DNA of 64,000 nt from Acidimicrobiia bacterium (GTDB taxonomy: Bacteria; Actinomycetota; Acidimicrobiia; Spongiisociales; ZC4RG35), in the NCBI GenBank assembly GCA_965215185.1, contig OZ244034.1:288001-352000 (forward strand), written 5' to 3'. Below the pieces are notes generated by a model, which was not told the origin of the DNA, made no database searches, and saw only the letters and a list, made by a program, of their open reading frames with translations. Positions 56,214 to 64,000 of the stretch are shown here, piece by piece. Position 1 is the first letter of the stretch, and every line of letters begins with the position of its first letter. The position numbers and the translations under genes were made by a program.

Positions 56214-56304
56214 GAACCAGAGAAGTGAGACTTCTCTCTTCCCTGAAATGGATCGATTGAGGCAGTCGCTGTTGCCTCAGGAAGAAAACAGAAGCAATGT
56301 GGGT

Positions 56305-56880
56305 TCAGCGGGGGATGGTGGTGTGTTTGTATTCGTTAAGCCGGTTCCAGGAGAGGAGATCGAGAGCCCGATCGAGGTCGTCCAGGCGGCCTTGCTCCAT
56401 GAAGCGGATGAACACGGCCTGATCTTCGGTTATGAAGGTGGGTACCCCGAAGGCCATCCAATCTTCAACACTTTTCATGTGTTCCCCGGCGATCTTGCAT
56501 AGGGGCTCCCCGGTAGCGACCACCCTCGCCACTGCGTCGGGGTCGCATCCGGCGCTGGCCACTGCATCTGCCAGCACCGCGGTGTCCTTGAGATCGAGTC
56601 CATGGTCGTGTCGGGCCGCGAACAGGGCAAGGTGGGCTTCTCCGAACTGCTGCGGCCAGTGGTCGCGGATAGCCACCCCCCATTGCAGGGCTTCGAGGCC
56701 CGACTGTCCCGCAGGGTTGTACCAGACTGCTGTGTCTTCCTCGCTGGTGTGGGCCTGGGCGAGGGAGAAGGCCAGGAAGTCGACTTTCCAGGGTCTGCCC
56801 TCCTGCAGACCTCTCACCACCGCTTCATGAGCGTTGCGGGCAAAGGGGCAAAGGTAGTCGAAGGTGATTCCGAATTTCAT
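56305..56880 (-). CDS. DsbA-like thioredoxin-fold protein
   Basis: FDYLCPFA and FGVPT (cis-Pro) motifs; AAGGAG RBS. Confidence 0.8.
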   Translation of the reverse strand: MKFGITFDYLCPFARNAHEAVVRGLQEGRPWKVDFLAFSLAQAHTSEEDTAVWYNPAGQSGLEALQWGVAIRDHWPQQFGEAHLALFAARHDHGLDLKDTAVLADAVASAGCDPDAVARVVATGEPLCKIAGEHMKSVEDWMAFGVPTFITEDQAVFIRFMEQGRLDDLDRALDLLSWNRLNEYKHTTIPR

Positions 56881-56895
56881 CTCTTTGGTTCTCCT

Positions 56896-58134
56896 TCAAT
56901 CCCACACGTAGGGTTCGGGTACGAATCCGGGGTTGAAACGTCCTATTTCGGCTCTTGCCACCGCCCGCTTGTGCACTTCGTCAGGTCCGTCGGCCATCTG
57001 TAGCCAGCGGCCCATAGCGTAAAATGAGGCGAGAGGGAAATGGTCGGTGAAGCCTGCCCCTCCGAACACCTGAATGGCCCGGTCGGCCACATAGCAGAGG
57101 GTCTCGGGCACCACCACCTTGATGGCTGAGATCTCCACCCGGGCTGCTTTAACTCCCACCTTGTCGATCATCCACGCGGTCTTCAATACCAGTAGCCTGG
57201 CCTGCTCGATCCTCATGCGCGACTCGGCAATCCATTCCCGGACCACACCCTGTTGGGCGACGGTCTTCCGGAAGGCGGTCCGTGCCTTGGCGCGGCTTAC
57301 CATCATGGCAAAGCACCGTTCGGCTGCTCCGATGGCCCGCATGCAATGGTGGATACGCCCCGGTCCCAGTCGGGCTTGGGCTATGGCAAAACCCGATCCC
57401 TCCGATCCCAAGAGGTTCTCGGCCGGCACCCGCACCCGGTTGTAGTGGATGGTGACGTGGCCCCCTCGGTGCTGATATCCGTACACAGTGGGAGTTTCTT
57501 CGATTATCACTCCCGGGCTGTCCAGTGGTACCAGGATCATGCTTTGCCGCCGATAGGGATCGGCGTCGGGATCGGTGACTCCCATCACAATGGCCACCTT
57601 GGCCCGCGGAGAGGCGCCGCCCGAGGAGAACCACTTACGTCCCCTGATCACATAGTGATCCCCATCTCTTTCAATGCGGGTGCGGATATTGCGGGCGTCG
57701 CTGGAGGCGACATCGGGCTCGGTCATCGAAAAGATCGAGCGGATCTTTCCGTCCAGCAATGGGTGTAGCCAGCGTTCCTGCTGATAAGGGGTTCCGAACA
57801 TGTGGAGTATCTCCATGTTTCCCGTGTCCGGCGCCGAGCAGTTGATGGCCTCGGGAGCGATTTCGGGGCTGTGTCCGGTTATCTCGGCCAGGGGAGCGTA
57901 TTCGGAGACGGTAAGCCCTCCACCCAATTCGGAATCGGGCAGGAACAGGTTCCACAGTCCCTGGGCGCGGGCTGCTGATTTGAGGTCCTCTATGACCTGG
58001 GGATGGTGATGAGGATTGCCGGAGTCCTTGATCTGTTGTTCATACAGAGGTTCTGACGGGATCACCCGCTCCTCGACAAATGTCGAGAGTTTTTTTCGGA
58101 GGGCCTCAACCTTTGGTGTGTAAGCAAAATCCAT
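56896..58134 (-). CDS. Acyl-CoA dehydrogenase (ACAD10/11, FadE2-like)
   Basis: NCSAPDTGNME, MTEPDVASSDA, QARLGPGRIHHCMR, ADGPDEVH. Confidence 0.92.
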   Translation of the reverse strand: MDFAYTPKVEALRKKLSTFVEERVIPSEPLYEQQIKDSGNPHHHPQVIEDLKSAARAQGLWNLFLPDSELGGGLTVSEYAPLAEITGHSPEIAPEAINCSAPDTGNMEILHMFGTPYQQERWLHPLLDGKIRSIFSMTEPDVASSDARNIRTRIERDGDHYVIRGRKWFSSGGASPRAKVAIVMGVTDPDADPYRRQSMILVPLDSPGVIIEETPTVYGYQHRGGHVTIHYNRVRVPAENLLGSEGSGFAIAQARLGPGRIHHCMRAIGAAERCFAMMVSRAKARTAFRKTVAQQGVVREWIAESRMRIEQARLLVLKTAWMIDKVGVKAARVEISAIKVVVPETLCYVADRAIQVFGGAGFTDHFPLASFYAMGRWLQMADGPDEVHKRAVARAEIGRFNPGFVPEPYVWD

Positions 58135-58372
58135 ATCCCTGATACATTATCGGGAATTAGGGGTGACCCGACCCGTCACGGGCCACTGGAGAATGTCAGG
58201 AGGAAGCTCTAAAGGGAGGCTTGGAGTGTGGTGTTACCGGGTTTTGGAGGGGGATGCGTATTTCTACGCGTAAATTGTTGAGGTTCCACCGGCAAAGCTG
58301 CTGACCAGCCTGCCCGTGGAACCTTGATGAATCCGCCGGTACTGTCCTCTCAGGGAGGAGAGGGCCGCGCAG

Positions 58373-59029
58373 TTAGTCCTGCTTGGGAATGATCTTATCC
58401 CACCACCTTCGCGCGGCGGGGATACCGCCCACGCCGAAGGCGATGGCAAGGGATACCCCCACTGTGCCGACGATGGCGATGAACAGGGTGTTTACGATCT
58501 CCTCGGCGATGTTCAGGGTGTTCAGAGCAGCAAGTGCACCGAAGCCGACCACCATCCAGCGCGCCACTTCGGGCAGCCAGCGTATGCTGTGATCCTGTGA
58601 CCAAGGAGTCGAAACCTCGGCGATAAAAGCGCCGATGGCCGCGGCCACGATCACAATGATGATCGCCACCACTATCAAAGGCAGATAGGAGATAAGCGCA
58701 GTCAGCAGGTCGCTCAGGTTATCCACTTCCAGCGTTTGTGCGGCGAGCAGCAGCACCACCAGCAAGGTGGCCCAGTAGATAACGCGGGCTACCAGATCCG
58801 TGGCGGTGATGCCGGCGGCCTTGATCCGCTCAGCGAGCCCCGCACGTTCCAGTATCCGGTCCAAGCCGACCCCCTGCAGAAGCCGGGCAGCCCCCCGGTG
58901 GATGACCCGGGCGGCTATCCAACCAACAAAGAGAATTAAGAGGGCCCCTAAGAACTTGGGGACGAATGTGATGACATCTTGCCATGCCTCTTCAAGGCCG
59001 TCTGAGATGCCATCAAGAAAGTCACTCAT
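58373..59029 (-). CDS. Conserved TM-helix repeat membrane protein (CmpX/MscS N-terminal-like)
   Basis: FVPKFLGALLILFVGW and YLPLIVVAIII repeats; AIAFGVGG. Confidence 0.75.
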   Translation of the reverse strand: MSDFLDGISDGLEEAWQDVITFVPKFLGALLILFVGWIAARVIHRGAARLLQGVGLDRILERAGLAERIKAAGITATDLVARVIYWATLLVVLLLAAQTLEVDNLSDLLTALISYLPLIVVAIIIVIVAAAIGAFIAEVSTPWSQDHSIRWLPEVARWMVVGFGALAALNTLNIAEEIVNTLFIAIVGTVGVSLAIAFGVGGIPAARRWWDKIIPKQD

Positions 59030-59304
59030 CAGAGAGCAATCCTTTCGATAGTGGGGAAACGCCTTACTGGGTTCCCCTGTAACAGATACCTATTCATTGT
59101 AGTTGCCAAGGATCCTGTCAGGCGTCGATGTTGCGTTTCCTTGCTGTGGGCCGACCCGCCTCCCGGAGTGGATGCGATTAGGAGGACCATGACCAACATT
59201 TGGAACAATGTGGTCGTGGCTGAGGGATTCCGAGTCGAAACGTCTTGAACCGAAACCGGAAGAGTCGCGCTTTTGGAAGTTCAAGGTGATCCGTAAGGAA
59301 AGGC

Positions 59305-60057
59305 TTATTGGTTCAAATGGTCTGGACGATGGTCGCGACCTGAGGGAGGAGGATGGAGTAGAAAGTGCTCGGAGGGGGGTGGAGCCATGGGAGGACGGGG
59401 CTTCGGCGTGACCGCCAGGAGACGTCGCACTTCCATGATGAGCATGTAGACGGCAAACAAACCGGCTATCGGGAAGTCCAGGCGAAAAGCCAGCAGTGCG
59501 GCGGCCGTCGACGAACATAGGAAAAACACGTTGGTGATTCTGTCGGAGCGTCTCGGCCACACCACATCAATGACTGCTTGAAAGATGTGGCCTCCGTCCA
59601 GGAGACGTACGGGTAGCCAATTGATCAGGCCCCAGCCCAGATTCACCCACACTATCCAGCCCAGGGTGAGAGAGAGCAGGTCTGTGCCGGGTCCTACCAG
59701 CTTCCACAGCGGGTAGGCGGCTGCGCCCACCACCAGCCCCAGTGCCGACCCGGCCGCGGCAATAGCGGCTCGCCGAATGGGGGTGATCTGCCGGGCGCCG
59801 GGCTTCCAGGAGGTGAGACCCCCCAGGGCCCACAACTCCATGGACACCGTCGCTCCGAAACGCCGGGCCAACAGGGCGTGTCCCAGTTCATGGATGATCA
59901 CCGACACCACCACCACCGCCACCCAGATTCCCAGCCTTCCGAGCAGCATTAGCGGGTCGACGGTGACGTTGCGGACCAGCGGCATCCCCAACAGACATAT
60001 CACTATCACGAAGGAGAGCTTGACCCGAAGCGGGATGCCGAGCAGTCTCACGGTCAC
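59305..60057 (-). CDS. M50 family (site-2) membrane metalloprotease
   Basis: HELGH, IAAAG, NWLPVRLLDGG. Confidence 0.88.
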   Translation of the reverse strand: MTVRLLGIPLRVKLSFVIVICLLGMPLVRNVTVDPLMLLGRLGIWVAVVVVSVIIHELGHALLARRFGATVSMELWALGGLTSWKPGARQITPIRRAAIAAAGSALGLVVGAAAYPLWKLVGPGTDLLSLTLGWIVWVNLGWGLINWLPVRLLDGGHIFQAVIDVVWPRRSDRITNVFFLCSSTAAALLAFRLDFPIAGLFAVYMLIMEVRRLLAVTPKPRPPMAPPPSEHFLLHPPPSGRDHRPDHLNQ

Positions 60058-60269
60058 TGTGATCCCCAATGATGGCTGGACGCTGAGGCTATACCAACCG
60101 GTTTGGTATGAGTAATCTTGCCGGTTGTGAGAAGCCAAGCAATGGGAGGGCGTGGTCCCGGCCGGCCTGCAGGTGGCTGTCCGACCCGGTCACTCCCCAG
60201 CGTCATGAGCTACCGGTGGGTGAGGGAGGAATACTCATTACCGATAGAGATTTCAGGAGTATTCCATTA

Positions 60270-61631
60270 ATGAGCCAGGATTTGACGTCACACCAGGATT
60301 TGCGGGATGCCGTAGCATCCTTTTTTCCTGATCTGGTTCAGGATCTAGCGGGATTGGTCGCCATTCCTTCGATCAGCGCGTCCGGGTTCGACCCCGGTGA
60401 GGTGAGACGATCAGCGCAGGAATGTGCCCGTCTTTTGACCGAATCCGGGTACCAGGACGTCCGGTTGTTGGAGATAGAAGACGCCCATCCCGCCGTTTAC
60501 GGTCATATTCCCGGCCCCGAAGGCGCCCCTGCCGTTCTCCTCTACGCCCATTATGATGTCCAGCCGGTCGGCGATCTCCAGGTGTGGGAGACCGATCCGT
60601 TCGATCCGGTGGTGAAGGGAGGCCGGATGTACGGTCGAGGGACATCCGACGACAAATGCGGAGTGATCGTTCATTCGGGTGCCGCCCGGGCCTTCGGCGG
60701 ATCGCCGCCGGTGGGGATGAAAGTGTTTCTGGAGGGCGAGGAGGAGATCGGCTCGCCCAATCTGGCTGCCTTTTTGGATCGGTATGGGGATGAGTTGGCG
60801 GCCGATGTGGTGGTGATAGCTGACTCCAGCAATTGGGGAGTGGGGATTCCCGCCATCACCACCTCGCTTCGGGGATTGGTGGGTTGTGTGGTGGAAGTGC
60901 GGACTGCTCGGGTGGGAGGACATTCAGGATCCTTCGGGGGCTTGTTTCCAGACGCATTGATCACGCTGGCGCGCCTTCTGTCCACCCTTCACGACGATGA
61001 GGGAGCGGTGGCGGTGAAGGGACTGGTCCGAAACGAGGCTCCGGATCTGGAGGTACCGGTGGAGAAGCTGGCGCAGGAGTTGGGGGCCGTCGACGGTCTT
61101 CACACCATAGGAAGCGGTTCGGCCGCCTCTCGGCTGTGGACCAAGCCGGCCATCTCGGTGCTGGCGGTGGATGCCCCCCGGATGTCGGAGGCTATAAACC
61201 TGTTGGTCCCCGTGGCCCGGGCCAAGGTGAGCATGCGCATCGCCCCGGGTCAGGATCCCGCTTTGGCCAGCCAGGCCCTGCAGCGACATCTGATGCAATA
61301 CTTGCCGTGGGGTGCGCAGTTGACGGTGAGTTTCGGGGAGGAGGCCGAGGGTTTCCTTCAGGTCTCCCAGCATGCGGCCATCGATGCCTGGCGTCAGGGT
61401 CTGGAGGTCGCCTGGGGTGTTTCTCCTGTTGAAATGGGGCAGGGTGGAACCATCCCTTTCCTGGCGTTCTTTGCCAAGAAGTTTCCCCAAGCTCCGCTGT
61501 TGCTGGCCGGCATCGGGGATCCCACCTCGGCGCATCATGCTCCCAACGAGAGCCAGGATCTGGGGGAACTGGAGAAAGTGATAGTGGCCGAGGCGGTGGC
61601 GCTGAGGATCCTGGGGACGGGTTCCCTCTAA
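60270..61631 (+). CDS. M20 family dipeptidase
   Basis: [32 protein letters not shown]; AGGAG RBS. Confidence 0.92.
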   Translation: MSQDLTSHQDLRDAVASFFPDLVQDLAGLVAIPSISASGFDPGEVRRSAQECARLLTESGYQDVRLLEIEDAHPAVYGHIPGPEGAPAVLLYAHYDVQPVGDLQVWETDPFDPVVKGGRMYGRGTSDDKCGVIVHSGAARAFGGSPPVGMKVFLEGEEEIGSPNLAAFLDRYGDELAADVVVIADSSNWGVGIPAITTSLRGLVGCVVEVRTARVGGHSGSFGGLFPDALITLARLLSTLHDDEGAVAVKGLVRNEAPDLEVPVEKLAQELGAVDGLHTIGSGSAASRLWTKPAISVLAVDAPRMSEAINLLVPVARAKVSMRIAPGQDPALASQALQRHLMQYLPWGAQLTVSFGEEAEGFLQVSQHAAIDAWRQGLEVAWGVSPVEMGQGGTIPFLAFFAKKFPQAPLLLAGIGDPTSAHHAPNESQDLGELEKVIVAEAVALRILGTGSL

Positions 61632-61633
61632 CC

Positions 61634-62293
61634 ATGCGGCTGGTGATCGCCGACTGCACGGTGGACTACCATGGGCGGCTCGACGCTCATCTTCCCCGCT
61701 CCCGGCGGCTGATCATGATCAAAGCGGATGGGTGCGTGGCGGTGCATGCCGACGGGGGCGCCTACAAACCCCTCAATTGGATGGCAGCCCCCAATAACTT
61801 GGAGGAAGGGGAAGGTCTTTGGCTGGTAACCAATCCCAAGGGGGAGAGATTGGAGATCACAATCCATGAGGTGTGGTCAGATGACACCCATGACCTGGGG
61901 ATCGACCCCGGCTTGGAGAAGGACGGGGTGGAAATGCATCTACAAGAGCTACTGGCGGAGAATCCTGAAGTGATCGAGCAAGGCCTGAAGCTGATCCGCC
62001 GGGAATATCCCACCGCTATCGGACCCATCGATCTGCTGTGCGCCGATCCCGAAGGAGGCACGGTGGCGGTGGAGGTAAAGCGCCGGGGGGAGATATCGGG
62101 AGTGGAGCAGTTGACCAGGTACATAACCCAGCTGAGGCTGGATCCGAGGCTGACGCCGGTGCGTGGAGTGCTGGTGGCCACCTCTGTGACTCCCCAGGCG
62201 CGGGTGCTGGCCGAATCCCGTTTGCTGGGGGTGCGGGAAGTGGACTACCAGTTACTTCGCGATCCGGATTCGGGAACGCCCCGGCTTTTTTGA
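61634..62293 (+). CDS. nucS: Endonuclease NucS/EndoMS (mismatch repair)
   Basis: [56 protein letters not shown]. Confidence 0.96.
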   Translation: MRLVIADCTVDYHGRLDAHLPRSRRLIMIKADGCVAVHADGGAYKPLNWMAAPNNLEEGEGLWLVTNPKGERLEITIHEVWSDDTHDLGIDPGLEKDGVEMHLQELLAENPEVIEQGLKLIRREYPTAIGPIDLLCADPEGGTVAVEVKRRGEISGVEQLTRYITQLRLDPRLTPVRGVLVATSVTPQARVLAESRLLGVREVDYQLLRDPDSGTPRLF

Positions 62294-62311
62294 CCATTAC
62301 CATGGAGGGAG

Positions 62312-62405
62312 CAGACACGGGAGCTCGGTGAAATCGGGCTGAGAGGGAGGATTTGATCCTCCGACCGTTAGCACCTGATCCGGGTAATGCCGGCGAAGGA
62401 AGCTT
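62312..62405 (+). ncRNA. TPP riboswitch
   Basis: GGGAG...CTGAGAG...CCGT...ACCTGATCCGGGTAATGCCGGCGAAGGAA consensus, directly upstream of the thiamine ABC genes. Confidence 0.93.
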
Positions 62406-62467
62406 TCGTTGGTCACAAACTTCGGGTTTCTCGGGGCTCCCCATCAAAGAAGTAAGGAGCGCCGTTC

Positions 62468-63499
62468 ATGTGCAGAAAACTGACGATTGGGATAATCATG
62501 CTCTCGCTGGCCCTGGCGGCCTGTGGCGGAGAGTCAGGTCCGCAGACTTTGACCATCATCAGTCACGACTCCTTTGCCGGAGGGGTGACCGAGGAGACAT
62601 TTGCCGCATTCACCGCCGAAACCGGCATTGCGGTGAAGATGGTTCCGGCGGGAGACGCCGGTTCGCTGGTCAACCAGGCGATCCTGACCAAGGACAATCC
62701 CTTGGCGGATGTTCTCGTCGGCGTGGACGACACCTTCCTGTCCAGGGCCCTGGATGCCGACATCTTCCGTCCTCACCGTTCCTCCTTGCTGGACAAGACG
62801 CCTGAGAACATCCGGCTTGACTCCGAATACCGAGTGACGCCCGTCGATTTCGGGGATGTATGCCTGAACTACGACCGGGATGTAATCGGGGATGCCGAGG
62901 CGCCCCGCAGCTTGGATGATTTGACCACCGCTGCGTTTCGCGGGCAGTTGGTGGTGGAGAGTCCGGCCACCTCGTCTCCGGGGTTGGCCTTTCTTCTGAC
63001 CACCATCGCCGTCTACGGGGAAGAGGGCTGGAAGGATTACTGGCAAGCCTTGGTCGACAACGAAGTGGAAGTGGTGTCTGATTGGGACACGGCCTATTAC
63101 GCTTCCTTTACCCGATACGGCGGTGACCGGCCCCTGGTGGTCTCCTATGCGTCGTCACCTCCGGCCGAGGTCATTTACGCCGATCCTCCCACCGATGTGG
63201 CGCCCACCGGTGTGGTGGTGGAGGGCTGCTATCGACAGATCGAGTTCGCTGGGATCCTGGAGGGGACCGATTATCCTACCGCCGCCGGGGAATTGATCGA
63301 CTTTCTGCTGTCGGTGGAGTTTCAGGAGCAGATCCCTCTTACCTGGTTTGTCTTCCCAGCTAACACCGAGGCTTCCCTGCCGCCCGAGTTTGTGGAGCAC
63401 ACCGCCCTGCCTGATCAGCCCTCTTCGCTGGATCCGGCGCTCATCGACGCCAATCGGGAGCGGTGGATACAGGAATGGACCCAACTGGTGCTGGGATGA
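62468..63499 (+). CDS. thiB: Thiamine ABC transporter substrate-binding lipoprotein
   Basis: Lipobox LAACG; HDSF, PATSSPGLAF, WDTAYY, VVSYASSP, RQIE; TPP riboswitch upstream. Confidence 0.93.
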   Translation: MCRKLTIGIIMLSLALAACGGESGPQTLTIISHDSFAGGVTEETFAAFTAETGIAVKMVPAGDAGSLVNQAILTKDNPLADVLVGVDDTFLSRALDADIFRPHRSSLLDKTPENIRLDSEYRVTPVDFGDVCLNYDRDVIGDAEAPRSLDDLTTAAFRGQLVVESPATSSPGLAFLLTTIAVYGEEGWKDYWQALVDNEVEVVSDWDTAYYASFTRYGGDRPLVVSYASSPPAEVIYADPPTDVAPTGVVVEGCYRQIEFAGILEGTDYPTAAGELIDFLLSVEFQEQIPLTWFVFPANTEASLPPEFVEHTALPDQPSSLDPALIDANRERWIQEWTQLVLG

Positions 63500-63603
63500 G
63501 GCGTCGGCGGGTCTTGAGTTTATTGGGTACGGCCAGAGCCGAATAGGACCTAGACGGTGCGACGGATGCCGCCCGGTATGGTGACCCTGCGGGTGAGGGA
63601 CCT

Positions 63604-64000
63604 GTGAGCTATAGGTGGTTAACCGGGGGGGTGGCGGCGGTCTTTTTGGGCTACCTTTTCCTGTACCCCATGGCCCGAATCTTTGGGTTGTCGCTGGGAG
63701 AGGAGGGCGCTTTCGGGGCGTTCGGGCAGGTGCTGGTCAACCCCGGCCTGAGAAGCGCTCTCTGGTTTTCGATATGGCAGTCGGCCGCTTCGGTGGCCCT
63801 CACCCTGGTGATGGCAGCTCCGATCACGTGGGCGATTTCCCGATTCCAGTTCCCGGGTCGCTCCCTGGCCAGAGCACTGGTAACAGCTCCCTTTGTGCTG
63901 CCCACTGTGGTGGTGGGATCGGCCTTCTTGGCGCTGGGTGTCGAGGGGAGCGTCTGGGCGATCCTGGCTGCCCATGTCTTCTACAACCTGGCAGTGGTGG
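63604..64000 (+). CDS. thiP: Thiamine ABC permease (partial, runs off the window edge)
   Basis: Not in the ORF track. GTG after GAGGGA; FLYPMARI...LWFSIWQS...FPGR...APFVLPTVVVG...AHVFYNLAVV. Confidence 0.85.
   Translation, partial: MSYRWLTGGVAAVFLGYLFLYPMARIFGLSLGEEGAFGAFGQVLVNPGLRSALWFSIWQSAASVALTLVMAAPITWAISRFQFPGRSLARALVTAPFVLPTVVVGSAFLALGVEGSVWAILAAHVFYNLAVV

Noticed and set aside
51138-62293. DinG plus NucS as an anti-phage or type IV CRISPR system
   Set aside because: Separated by unrelated housekeeping genes; no cas genes or array; NucS is the ordinary actinobacterial mismatch-repair nuclease

Overview
High-GC bacterial chromosome segment, most likely Actinomycetota. NucS, LAACG-type lipoboxes and several leaderless TANNNT-N6/7-start promoters support this; Acidimicrobiia is an inference. 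There are four blocks. (1) 1-6.7 kb: an uncharacterised sugar/nucleoside-type catabolic operon (GntR, PfkB kinase, BtpA/SgcQ, CUT1 ABC transporter, two unknown chlorite-dismutase-fold-like proteins), with apparent indels in two genes. (2) 7-14 kb: dihydropyrimidinase-like hydrolase, nucleoside phosphorylase, MFS, an ABC system truncated at a deletion-like junction, and a ThDP enzyme. (3) 14.5-50.7 kb: a ~36 kb quaternary-amine supercluster. It encodes gamma-butyrobetaine/carnitine to glycine betaine conversion, B12-dependent betaine demethylation with a split methionine synthase, dimethylglycine dehydrogenase with ETF, two ProVWX transporters with unusual architectures, and three paralogous MFS genes. 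(4) 51-64 kb: core genes (exonuclease-DinG, metY, Hsp20, DsbA-like, ACAD, M50, M20, nucS, TPP riboswitch-thiB-thiP). No rRNA, tRNA, CRISPR array or intact transposase was recognised. All functional calls come from motifs read by eye; no database searches were run.
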